Virus record (IMG/VR): IMGVR_UViG_2634166464_000002 | Coordinates: 9,639 to 73,638 of that record | DNA length: 64,000 nt | Direction: 5' to 3' (one strand) | DNA from: a virus | Lineage: Duplodnaviria; Caudoviricetes | Shown: piece by piece, positions 27,601 to 36,700 of the stretch | Layout: every line of letters starts with the position of its first letter | Numbering within the stretch: the first letter of the stretch is position 1 | Program-made: the position numbers and the translations under genes | The notes under the pieces: generated by a model | What the model was told of the DNA's origin: nothing | The model's database searches: none | Seen by the model: only the letters and a program-made list of their open reading frames with translations

Positions 27601-27962
27601 AAGGTGAAACCGCGCTTCTGGTTGTCGAAGGCTGCGCGGTCAGCCAAGGAGCCGAACGCATCCGGCTTGAACGGCAGGCCTTCTCGAATGCGCTTGATGA
27701 GTTCCTGCACGAGCGCATTGGTCGTGACATTGCTCGACCAGTAGGGGCTGGTCTTCATGAGCACGAACGCGGTCTGATCCGTCGCCGTCTCCGCAGGCCA
27801 GCCATAGGCCAGCATCAGCTCCGCGCTGGAGACGACCTTGTCGATCGGGACGCTGACGCCGTTAAGATTGAAGGTATCTCCCTCCAATGCAACGAACTGC
27901 GTGTGGAAACCCGTGACCGTGCGGCTCCCGGCTGTCACCGAGACCGAGTTTTCAATCGGCAT
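24687..27962 (-). CDS. Long tail fibre with Ala-rich heptad shaft and C-terminal S74 intramolecular chaperone
   Basis: AARDxxx/ADRxxVA heptads, VDKAGDTMEG, and SDLRMKKNV..AGVIAQQL..PELV..LSVDYGNL..EAIKEL. Confidence 0.85.
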   Translation of the reverse strand: MPIENSVSVTAGSRTVTGFHTQFVALEGDTFNLNGVSVPIDKVVSSAELMLAYGWPAETATDQTAFVLMKTSPYWSSNVTTNALVQELIKRIREGLPFKPDAFGSLADRAAFDNQKRGFTFLQIDTNPFLISAKLSDATGHWSAGQSLKGESAAPVEFRVDPETYSIQYREVGETIWTAVVEGDLDNILGPYRSDALASALAAAASEAAARTSETNSATSAGASANSAAASLASQNAAKASETASQTSETNSATSASQSASSAEASANSAAASLASEQAAATSESNAAASAATSTAQAGISTTRAGEAAASAGAAEFARTGAETARSGAEAAQAASEAARDTGIEARDVTTAARDVTLEARDATFAARDEAEADRAEVATAAAAVEANRATVAADLATVQELRDATGTDRAAVGADLVTVTTLRGEVEADRLAVADDRAAVEAALTGTEAARDVTTAARDETVAARDATFLARDEAEAYRLTVNTTAAGVEADRAEVATNLATVQGLRDETATDRAAVATDLATVTGLRDEVEADRVAVAADRTASETARTGAETARSGAEAAREAAETAEANAEAAQAASETARNLAQDWANAPEDVAVAPNGYSARHWAEKARDFSTGDATNIVVTPTGNLQSVNVQAALEELDAEVATKANVTDVEAAIGAISTAWPDIAEKPETFPPAPHRHPASEIDGLEDAITTKVDKAGDTMEGKLTTVAPTAEGAGFNLPSGTAPTSPVSGDFWFASNALFFRMGSTTRQVATVERAQTWTARQTFATPSTSTASINLPHGTAPTSPANGDVWTTTGGIFARVNGTTYQLASLSGSNTFTSEVIAPAISSYRTDGWGVVAVGTNWDNCWYIQRHPDTKSLTFNNREAGVYKTTVKIDPDGTFTARDLIASRGNGTGAIFFGAASDARWIHYDGTVYGFNVAPVRVPMLEVRGEDPTIKLRDITGGQWSSFIHNNSNYFYVLRGGTDANTWDSGPNGRHPMQLSLTDGTVTFSGNVGAYSDLRMKKNVRPITDALAKVLAMQGVWFDRIESGETSAGVIAQQLRPIAPELVREDRDGMLSVDYGNLAGYFIEAIKELAAKLEAR

Positions 27963-28022
27963 GGTTGTGTTGTCCTCGCTCGGCCTGAGAAAGGTTCGTT
28001 GAGATCGGATTGTGCGGAGCGG

Positions 28023-28346
28023 CTAGGGGCGCGTGCTGAAGATGTCCGCGAGCGTCGGCCCGCCCGTGAGGTCTTGCGGCGCCGCCATGATCTGTCGGTC
28101 GATATCCACCAGTTCTTCCGGTGTCTTCTCGATCGGCACCCTGCGCTCGATGTCGATACGGTGCGTTTCCGGCTCGACGCGGACGCCGCGGATCAGCGCG
28201 AGGCCCTGATCCTCCATCTCGTCGAGCACAATGCGCTGCGTTTGACCGTGCGCGAGGATCACGCCGGTCCCCGGATCATAGTGCGTGAATTCGATCGGTT
28301 CGAACGGATCGAGGCCCTCCGCCTCGTAGTCGGCAGGCCTTCTCAT
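28023..28346 (-). CDS. Small tail accessory protein
   Basis: ATGA overlap with the tail-tip gene; FTHYDPGTGVI and APQDLTGGPTL. Confidence 0.6.
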   Translation of the reverse strand: MRRPADYEAEGLDPFEPIEFTHYDPGTGVILAHGQTQRIVLDEMEDQGLALIRGVRVEPETHRIDIERRVPIEKTPEELVDIDRQIMAAPQDLTGGPTLADIFSTRP

Positions 28347-31300
28347 CGTGCAGTCTCCAGAACCGTCATCGTCACGCGGCGGCCTTGGCAGACACACCGA
28401 AAGGTATGCACGCCCTCCCAGCCTGCCACCACCATGAGCTGCGTCGTGACCGTCGGGAGCGCGTGGTAAGTAATGACGGCGGTGATCTCGCCGCCGGTCG
28501 TGGACGTCAGAACATTCGAGACGGCGCCCGGTGAGGCGATGCCGGTCTGCCACGCCTGGCCGTTGTAGTAGATGGTGCCCTCGGCATAGCCGTAGCCGCC
28601 GGAGCCCTGCACCTCGCCAGCACCGTGGATCGTCACGAGGCAGACCAGCCGTGCGCCGTAGCGGGCATAGATCCCGCATGACACGTCCGCAACGGCGGTG
28701 GCGGTCGCCATGTTGGTGACCGCACCGTTTGCGAGCCGCAGCGTGTCGATCTCCGCGACGCCGATCTTCGCGGTCGTGATCACCGCGTCGTTGATCTGCG
28801 CGGACGAGGTGATGATGTTCGAAGCAGCGAGCTTCGTGCCCCAGATCGTACCGTCCACAATCAGGTCGCCGCGCACGCCCATCGAGAACTGCACGGAGCC
28901 GTCCATCTTCCTGGCCCCGGTCAGGACGTAGCCGCCCGTCCGTCCGTCGATCTCCATGGTGACGCCGTATTGCGCCTGGATCCCGTTGATCGACGAGCCA
29001 TACTGCGTCAGCGTCGCGGTGTGCCCGTTCACGGACGTTTGTAGCGTCGAGACCTGCTCTGCCTGCGCGGAGTCGGCGGAGCTGCGCGCCGTCTGCTCTG
29101 CAACGATCGCTGCGACGTTGCCCTGGACATCCGTGCGGAGCACCTCGAGTTGCGAGGCGACTGCCTCCTCCGCTGTCGTGCGGGCTGTCCGCTCCGCCAG
29201 GATCGACGCCTGGTTCTCGCCAACGCGCGCATCGAGCGTGGTGATGCTCTGTGCGAGAGCCTCGTCCTCGGTCGCGCGGACGGTACGCTCCTCGACGAGG
29301 GAGGCCGACACCTCGCCAATCTGCGCGCCCAGCATCAGGGTCTTGGATGCCGTCGCCTCGTCCTCGTTGTAGGAGGTGACCGTTTCTTCCGAGGTGATGT
29401 TGCCGAGCACCTCGATACGCTCTTCCAGCCGCTTGAGCGCGTTGCGGGTCGCCTCCTCGCCCATGCGCGCGACGGCATCGACGGCCTCGCGGACCTGCTC
29501 CTGCAAGTGCTGCAGGTCGATGAGCATGTTCGCGATGTCGCTGTCGATCGTCGGCTTGAACAGAGCCGCGGTGGTGTAGACGTATGCGCTCGCGACACCT
29601 TGCGCGTTGATCGCCTGCGCGCGGATCCGGAGCTCGACGTTTTCGCGATACTCGACGACGTACGAACCCTCGGTCGCCTCACCCGCGTGGATGGCCTGCC
29701 ACGGGGTATCTGGCCCGTATTGGATGTCGACGATGTAGCGCACCGCGCCGCGCGCCTGCCCGACCGCCCAATCGAGGACAAGTGCGACCGCCTTCTGCAC
29801 CACCATGCCCCTGACCCACGGCAGGATCGGCAGCAGATGGCCTTCGTTGTGAATGACCTCCTTGATGGGCGGGGCAGGCGGCACGGCTTCGCCGAGCACG
29901 GACCAGACCTCCGGGGCATCGTAGACCGCCGTCACGGCGACGCGGTTGAGGCCCTCGGGCCTCGCGGTGCGGATGATGTAGGGCTGGCTGAGTTCAGCGA
30001 GCGTCCCGATCAGCACGGTGACGGGAAGCTTGCGGCGCGTCTTGACGAACAGGCTGTTGAACGGCTCGCCCGTGTATTGGGCGATCGTCGTCACGTCGTC
30101 GGCGTCGAGCACGATCTCGCGCGGCTTGTCCCCAGCCGTGAGCGCGACCGGTCCCCATTCCCGGCCCTTGTCCGTGCGGAACACCGCATGCGCGCCCGCC
30201 GGGATCGGGACATCGACATCGAGGGTCAGGGTGTAGCCGACGCGCTTCTCGACGCCCGCCGCCACCGGCTGATCGAGGTACCAGGTGTCGACATAGGCCG
30301 CATCGTTTCGCCCCAGGATGCGGCCCACCATCTCGGTCGTGAAGGTTCTGCTCTCCCGCCGGTAATAGGCCGAAGCGGCATACCACCGAGCGAGCATCAC
30401 CGCGTGCTCGTGATTGCTGACCCCGAAGGCATTGATCCGGCGCGGCGTCAGCGTCTGCGCGCCGACCGTCACGCGCTGCTCGCCGCGCTTCTGCGGATCC
30501 CCGTTGACATAGTATTCGACGATCACGTCCGACGCGCCGTCGCTCATGTCGAGGTCGAACTCGGCACCGCTCGTGTCGCGCACGATCTGCCTGCGCGTGA
30601 TGACGTGCTTGCGGAGTGAGCGCGGCTCGTCGCGGGTCATCGACCAGGTATCGCCGAGCACGAGCGGCTCGCCCCGGATGACGCCGAGGATCGTGCCCAT
30701 CACCTCCGCGACCGCCGCGGGGCCGCGGATCTGGCCGTCGAAGGTGTTGTTGCGCGCGAGCGTGTAGGCGTAGTGCTCGAATGTCGGCAAGTCGATCTTG
30801 TGGTCGGGAATCGCGCCGCCATAGCGCTGGTTGCGGAGCACGTCGAGCGCGCACCAGACCGCGTTGTTCGTCGGTCGCATCACCCAAGTGCCGCCCTCGC
30901 GCACGGGCAGGATCGACTCGCACTCCACCCAGATCTCGCTGAACGAGGAGATCGAGCCGGTGTGCTTGCCCGAGCGGATCACCATCCCGATCTCGGTCAC
31001 GTCGGGCCGCAGCGGCTCGTCGCCGAGATGGGCGCGCAGGCCATCCCACATCACCGTGTTGACCTGCCTGACGCCCTGCTGCTCGAGATACCCCGTAACC
31101 GGCGGCTGCGTGTTCCAGGCACGCACGGCGTAGCGTCCCATCGGGACGTTGATGTAGCGGGTGAAGCGCAAGGGCCTCGTCGAGACCTGAAACCCGCCAT
31201 CGTAATGGAGGTACTGCCACGCACCGGTCGGATTCCCGTCGTCGTCGATCGGTGCATATTCAAACTGGACGCCCCAGTAACCCGGCAAGTTCATCGTCTT

Positions 31301-32281
31301 TTTCGGGTGATTGGAGAACACGCCCTGCGGCAGCGAGTAGTCGAGTTGGATCCGGTTCGTCTGCTGCCCTTGCGGCGTGACCGGGAACGGCCCGCTCCAC
31401 GGTGGGTTTGCGGGTGGGTCGTCGCCGAGGCGCGGCAGCTCGGTGCCCGCGACCTGGTCGGAGGAGTAGACGCTCGACGGCACGAGCGCGGAACGCTGCC
31501 CCGGCTCGATGAACTCGATCTGACTGCCGTCGAAAGGCGAGCGCACGCCCTGATCGCGCGTCCACATGATCGCCTGCCCGACGCGGATCGTATGAACGAC
31601 ATACCGGCCCAGCCCAAGCGTGAGCCGCTTGTAGAGGATCTGGTCCTCGCCCTCGTAAGCGAAGTAGTCGGGTTGCGAGAGGTCGGGATTGCTCCACACG
31701 CGCCCGTAGTTGATCGGTATCCTGTCTCCCGCGCGCGGGAGATTGCCGCCGCCCGAGACGCCGTAAACCGGTCTGTCGTCCTCCTTATTGGCTTTCGGCT
31801 TGGTGGCTTTGCTCAAGAAATAGGCTGCGCCGGCCACGATGCCGATCGCCAACACTTTGCCGAGGAGCGTGAGCGAGGTCGCGGTGCCGATCGCCGCCGT
31901 TCCGGCCGCTCCGAACAGCGAGCCGATGCCGGCGACGAGGTATGGTGCCGCGACCGCGAGCACGATCATGGCAATCGCCGCGCCGATGGCTTTGCCGCCC
32001 CCGCCGCCTCCTCCGCCGCCTCCGCCTCCTCCGCCGAGCGGGAGATACGTTATGACGACAACGTCATCCGGCCCGACGAGCGTGTTCCGCCACTCCTTCT
32101 TGAGCCGCACCGTCTCGTCGCTCGGCTGGAGCATCTGGCCGCGCCGATGGACCGACACGATGCACGGACGACCGGGCGTGCGTTGCTTCGCGATGGTCGA
32201 CAACCGGCGGCGCCGACGCGGGAGCGCAATCGGCTCCCGCAGCGGTTCGCCAATGTCGGAGGCGTGGATGACAAGCGTCAT
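28343..32281 (-). CDS. Tail tip / host-specificity protein (lambda J-like)
   Basis: 1312 aa; IPINYGRV, hub-like middle, coiled coil and GDLIVDGTI..AQINDAVITTAKI C-terminus; position after the NlpC gene. Confidence 0.85.
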   Translation of the reverse strand: MTLVIHASDIGEPLREPIALPRRRRRLSTIAKQRTPGRPCIVSVHRRGQMLQPSDETVRLKKEWRNTLVGPDDVVVITYLPLGGGGGGGGGGGGGGKAIGAAIAMIVLAVAAPYLVAGIGSLFGAAGTAAIGTATSLTLLGKVLAIGIVAGAAYFLSKATKPKANKEDDRPVYGVSGGGNLPRAGDRIPINYGRVWSNPDLSQPDYFAYEGEDQILYKRLTLGLGRYVVHTIRVGQAIMWTRDQGVRSPFDGSQIEFIEPGQRSALVPSSVYSSDQVAGTELPRLGDDPPANPPWSGPFPVTPQGQQTNRIQLDYSLPQGVFSNHPKKTMNLPGYWGVQFEYAPIDDDGNPTGAWQYLHYDGGFQVSTRPLRFTRYINVPMGRYAVRAWNTQPPVTGYLEQQGVRQVNTVMWDGLRAHLGDEPLRPDVTEIGMVIRSGKHTGSISSFSEIWVECESILPVREGGTWVMRPTNNAVWCALDVLRNQRYGGAIPDHKIDLPTFEHYAYTLARNNTFDGQIRGPAAVAEVMGTILGVIRGEPLVLGDTWSMTRDEPRSLRKHVITRRQIVRDTSGAEFDLDMSDGASDVIVEYYVNGDPQKRGEQRVTVGAQTLTPRRINAFGVSNHEHAVMLARWYAASAYYRRESRTFTTEMVGRILGRNDAAYVDTWYLDQPVAAGVEKRVGYTLTLDVDVPIPAGAHAVFRTDKGREWGPVALTAGDKPREIVLDADDVTTIAQYTGEPFNSLFVKTRRKLPVTVLIGTLAELSQPYIIRTARPEGLNRVAVTAVYDAPEVWSVLGEAVPPAPPIKEVIHNEGHLLPILPWVRGMVVQKAVALVLDWAVGQARGAVRYIVDIQYGPDTPWQAIHAGEATEGSYVVEYRENVELRIRAQAINAQGVASAYVYTTAALFKPTIDSDIANMLIDLQHLQEQVREAVDAVARMGEEATRNALKRLEERIEVLGNITSEETVTSYNEDEATASKTLMLGAQIGEVSASLVEERTVRATEDEALAQSITTLDARVGENQASILAERTARTTAEEAVASQLEVLRTDVQGNVAAIVAEQTARSSADSAQAEQVSTLQTSVNGHTATLTQYGSSINGIQAQYGVTMEIDGRTGGYVLTGARKMDGSVQFSMGVRGDLIVDGTIWGTKLAASNIITSSAQINDAVITTAKIGVAEIDTLRLANGAVTNMATATAVADVSCGIYARYGARLVCLVTIHGAGEVQGSGGYGYAEGTIYYNGQAWQTGIASPGAVSNVLTSTTGGEITAVITYHALPTVTTQLMVVAGWEGVHTFRCVCQGRRVTMTVLETAR

Positions 32282-32291
32282 AGCGCGAGCG

Positions 32292-32489
32292 TCAGGCCTT
32301 CCCGTCGACCTTCTCGGTCTCGGCGTCGATCTCGACGTTCTTGATCGTCAGCGCGACACCGATCGTGCCGTCCACGATAGTGGGACCGGCGTGATGCACC
32401 GGGATCTCGACGTCACCGATACGGATGCGGCTCACGGGTCCGCCGTTCGCCTGAATGAACACCACGCGCGTTTTCTTCTCTGCCATCAC
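32292..32489 (-). CDS. Hypothetical protein
   Basis: GAGGAG RBS; fills the operon gap. Confidence 0.5.
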   Translation of the reverse strand: MMAEKKTRVVFIQANGGPVSRIRIGDVEIPVHHAGPTIVDGTIGVALTIKNVEIDAETEKVDGKA

Positions 32490-32902
32490 TCACTCCTCTT
32501 TGGGACGAACCACCGCGGCACCCAGCCGCGGATCTGGAGTTCCCGCAGCGTGTCGAGCACGACGCCGTGCGGGTGGTCGGTGTGCAGCACCCTACCCTGC
32601 TCGAGCGCGACGTAGACGCCTGCGTGCTCGAGATCATGGGGATTGCCGCCGATGCGGTGCATTCGTGCGACCGCGCCGTGCTCCGGCGATGAGATCTCGC
32701 ACCACCCGAATTGATCCGCCCCGGTCGACAGCAGGCCACGTCGCGTTGACCGGGGCGGCACCGCCCGCTCCTCCGAGAAAGGAAGCGTGCGATCGAACAG
32801 GTCTCTCTGCACCTGGCAAACGAGAGACCAACAGTGCAGTCCGCGCCGCTGCCAGGGCTGGCCGATGAGGCCCTGCAGATACGCGAGAGTCTTAGAGTCC
32901 AT
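32486..32902 (-). CDS. NlpC/P60 tail assembly protein (lambda K-like)
   Basis: IGQPW..GLHCWSLV, HAGVY and VLHT. Confidence 0.8.
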   Translation of the reverse strand: MDSKTLAYLQGLIGQPWQRRGLHCWSLVCQVQRDLFDRTLPFSEERAVPPRSTRRGLLSTGADQFGWCEISSPEHGAVARMHRIGGNPHDLEHAGVYVALEQGRVLHTDHPHGVVLDTLRELQIRGWVPRWFVPKRSE

Positions 32903-33398
32903 GCAGCGCCGGGTAATCGGCGAGCGAGTACGTCAGGCGAGGAAAAGCCTGTCTGTCGGCTTTGCTGGTCGTCTCAAGCGTTCCCGTCGCCGAGGTCGGC
33001 CCGAGCGAAACCTTGGACAGCATCAAGCCTCCCCTCACCTCTCCGGGGCGAGACAGGTCGCTCACGGTGTAGCCGCGATAAGTGACGTTGAGCGGCAATC
33101 CCGCTTTCACCGCTGCCTTCAAATGCGGCTGGAGCAACTTGCTCACATTGTCTACCGCCAACTGTCCGGTCGTCGGCCCGTCGTCGTCGAAGCCCTGCAG
33201 CGTCACCTTCACGCCGCAGGCGATGAAGCGCGCTTTGAGCCCGCCGTCGTTGATTGGCAGGTCCATGTCCTGCTCGACGTTGCACACGATGCGGACGGGC
33301 TCCGCGAAGCTCGCGTGATCCAACTCGATGGTGTCAATGATGACATCATCGATGTCCGGATCGGCATACGCCTCTTGAATGGCGTCGGTGAGTGACAT
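32892..33398 (-). CDS. Minor tail protein (DUF1833-like)
   Basis: MSLTDAIQEAYA..TIELDHASF..LAVDNVS..FPRLTY..YPAL. Confidence 0.75.
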   Translation of the reverse strand: MSLTDAIQEAYADPDIDDVIIDTIELDHASFAEPVRIVCNVEQDMDLPINDGGLKARFIACGVKVTLQGFDDDGPTTGQLAVDNVSKLLQPHLKAAVKAGLPLNVTYRGYTVSDLSRPGEVRGGLMLSKVSLGPTSATGTLETTSKADRQAFPRLTYSLADYPALHGL

Positions 33399-33400
33399 CG

Positions 33401-33778
33401 CTACCAGTCGAACACGAGGAGTGTGAAGGACGAGGAGAAGCCCATGCCGAAGGTGTCGCTCGAAACCTTCGCCTGGTCGATCATCACGGTCTTCACCTCG
33501 TAACTGTTCGTCGCCGGCCGATAGACCGGCATGGTGAAGCGCGAGGTTCCGTCCACCAGGTCGTTCTCGATGAAGGAGCGGAAGCGCTCGAATTCGGCTG
33601 GTGTCTGGAAGACGAGCCGATACTCGATCCGCGCGCGGCGCCCGAGCCCGCTGCGCCGGCCCATGGGCGGGCCATCTTCGAACTCCGTCCACAGCGGAGG
33701 ACGCGTCATCTCAGTGATGCGGTAATTGTCCATCGTGGGCTTGAAGGTGAGCCCGCTAGGCCAGGCAGGGAGTGCCAT
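33401..33778 (-). CDS. Distal tail protein
   Basis: WPSGL..TEFEDGPPMGRR..LVDGTSRFTMP; directly after the tape measure gene. Confidence 0.7.
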   Translation of the reverse strand: MALPAWPSGLTFKPTMDNYRITEMTRPPLWTEFEDGPPMGRRSGLGRRARIEYRLVFQTPAEFERFRSFIENDLVDGTSRFTMPVYRPATNSYEVKTVMIDQAKVSSDTFGMGFSSSFTLLVFDW

Positions 33779-33782
33779 CGTT

Positions 33783-36700
33783 CTATCCGATCAGGGCGCG
33801 GCCGGACTGGCGTGCGCCCATGGCTTTGACGAGGTCACCCCGACCCCGGGCCGCACGGTCGGCTTGCCAGGATTCCATCCGCTCAAAGATGATGTCGACG
33901 CTGCCGTCCTGATTGGTGCGGACCTCTGGCTGCGAGGGCGCTCCAATGACGTTGACGATCGGTTGCACCACGGTCGCCTGTTGCGACTGAGCCCCTCGGC
34001 CGCGAGCTGCTGCTACGTCGTCGCGTGAGAGAACGACCTCGCCTGTCTGCAAAATCGCCGCGCGTTCGTCGGCCGCGAGCGTCCCGCTGTGCAGGCGCGG
34101 CGCGTTCTCGAAATACGCCGGATGGACATAGCGCATCTTTCCGTGGATCCCGACCATGCCGCCGTCGTGGTAGAGCCCGCCCGCGCCAGGCGTCATGCCG
34201 AGCCCGCTGCCACCAGTGAGCCCCGACAACAGGCTGGAGAAGAAGCCGCCGCCGCCCTTCTTCGTGAAGCTGTTGAAGAGGTCGTCCATGGCGAGATCGA
34301 GCAGCTTGTCGACGACGCGGTTGAGGGCGTTCTCCAGCGCTTCCGCTCCGCTCTTGCCGGCGCGCAGGTCGGAGATGAATCCCTTCAACGCATCCTTGCC
34401 GATCGAGCCGAGTTCCTCGAGCGCAGCCTGCGCATTCTTGAGGTTCTCGGTCTCCTGCGCGACGCGCCCATACTCCTGGGCATAGGCACGGATCCGTGCT
34501 GCCAGTTCCGGCGTGATCTGTACCTCGTTGCGCAGGAACTCGTTGCGCATCCGCTGCTCTTCGTTCGCGGCCTCGATCTGGGCCGTCGTCATGAACATCG
34601 TCTCGCGGTAGACCTGGTTGAGCCTGACCTGCTCCTGCAGCGCGGCGTTCGCATCCTCGAGGGGGCGCTGGACGAACTCGTAGATGTCGGTCTTGTTCTT
34701 GTCCGAGAACGCCTGGTTGAGGTTGGTGTCGACGTTGAGCTCGACTTTCGGCACGTCGATCTCGCGCCTCGGCAAGGTGCCAGGCGTGGTGCCGCCACCC
34801 GCGGTGCCAGGCGTCGTCGAGCCCGTCGTTGCGACGTCGCGGACGTTGCGGTTGATGCCCGCCCACGGGTTGCGGATGCCGGAATCCCTGAAGCCGTACC
34901 ACTGCCCGTGGCCGTGCTTCTTCATGTAATCCAAGCTCCAATCGACCTGGCTCCGCCATGCATACGGATTCCGGACGTCGATCCCGGCCCGCTTGGCTTC
35001 GACCCCAAGCCCGCCCATCATGTTGAGCTGCGTCACGCCCCAGGAATCTTCCTTGGGCGTCTTGGCATGGGCGAAGATGTTGAACCGGGATTCCTGGTTG
35101 AGCCCCCGCGCGATGATGTCGGGGTCCATGCCTCGCTTCACAGCCGCCGCCCGAACATAGGCCTCGACCGCAGCCTTAGAGTTGTCGCCAGTCGCAAAGG
35201 CGGTCTTTGTGGGACCGATCTCCCGCGCCGTGACGTTGCCGGGGCCACTGACCGACCTGGTGCCGCCGAGTAGCTCGCGCTGCTCCTGCAGCCACATCTC
35301 GTTCTCTTTGAGCGCGCGGCGGAGCCCCCTGAGGCCGGTAAGCTCGAGTTCCTTCCTGGCGTCGCGCGCGAAATCCTTCGCCTGCTTGTTCGCGTCAGCA
35401 ATCACCCGGTTGCGGGCCATCTCGGCCTCGACCGCGGCGCGCAGCTCGTCGCCGGTCTCGCGCAAGACCTTGGTGCGGGCCCTCTCCGACTCGATCGCGG
35501 CCCGCTCCTCGAGCGTACGGGCGTTCAGCGCCGCGATCTCGAGCTTGTGGTCCTCGATCGCGAGCTCGATGGCAGACTTCCAGTTGTCGAGCATGAAGCG
35601 GGCGCGGCGGAGAGCCTCCTCGGCCTCGTCGGCGCTGTAGCCCAGCTCGCGCAGCCGCTCGGGCCCTTCCTCGAGGATCTTGCGGTTCTCGCGCAGCGTC
35701 CGGAGCCCCTCGATCTCGGGCATGAACCGGCCCATGGCGCCCTGGACGGCAGAGCGCTTCGCGAGCTCGAGTTCCTGCTCGCGCGACTTGTTGAGGCTCT
35801 CGATCGCCTTCTCGTTGCCCTGGACGAGCTTGATCTGCTCGTCGTAGCGCTTGTTGATCTCCGCCAGCCCACGCTCGTAGCTCGAGAGCCCCGAGACCTG
35901 CAGATTGAAGGTCGATTCCTTCAGGAGATCGAACGGCACCCGCCCGCCGGCTTCCTTCACCTCGATGGTCTGCTCGATCTTCTTGTTCAGCGCATCGATC
36001 TGGCGCTGCGCTTCCTCAGTGTCGAAGTCTGGGCGGCCTTCGCGCTTGAGGGTTTCGATCAGCGTGACCTGGTCGCGGAGCTTCTCGATCTCCGCATCTT
36101 CCGGGATGAGCGAGCGCTGGAGATCGTCATAGCGCTCGAGTTGCATCGCCAGGGTTTCTTCGCGACGCGCCTCGTTGATGGCGTCGATCGCCTCCTTCAC
36201 GCCTTTGGCGGCACGGACCTCGTCGTCGTACTTCTTCGTGATCTCGGAGAGGGCCCGCGAGTACTCGCTCATCCCTGCGGTCGCGAGGGCGAAGCTCGAC
36301 TCCTGCCGCAGTTCGTAGGGGCGCTGCCCGCCAGCCGCGCGGATCTCGCGGATCTCCTCCGCCCGGTCCTTGGCCTCGTCGATCGCCCGCTGCGCATTCT
36401 CGATGCCCTCGATGATGACCCCATTGGGCAGCGGCGTTGCCATGAGGTTGCGGAGGATCGAGATCTTCCGCTCGACGTCCGTGAGTTCCTGCTCGAGCGG
36501 ATCGACATCACGCAACGTCTGCGCCACGAAGCTGATGTCGTAAGCCTGGATCGCCTGCTCGCGCGCCTGCGCGACCTCTTTCATTCCTTCGCCGGCATGA
36601 CGCGCCTGGCGATCGAGATCGTCGTAGCGCTGCCGGATCTCCATCAGGCCGCGCGCGTAATCGTTGAGGCCGGCGGTCAGCAGCGTAAACCGGGATTCCT

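Noticed and set aside
23950-32281. Diversity-generating retroelement or invertible tail cassette
   Set aside because: No reverse transcriptase, no invertase and no template/variable repeat pair seen.
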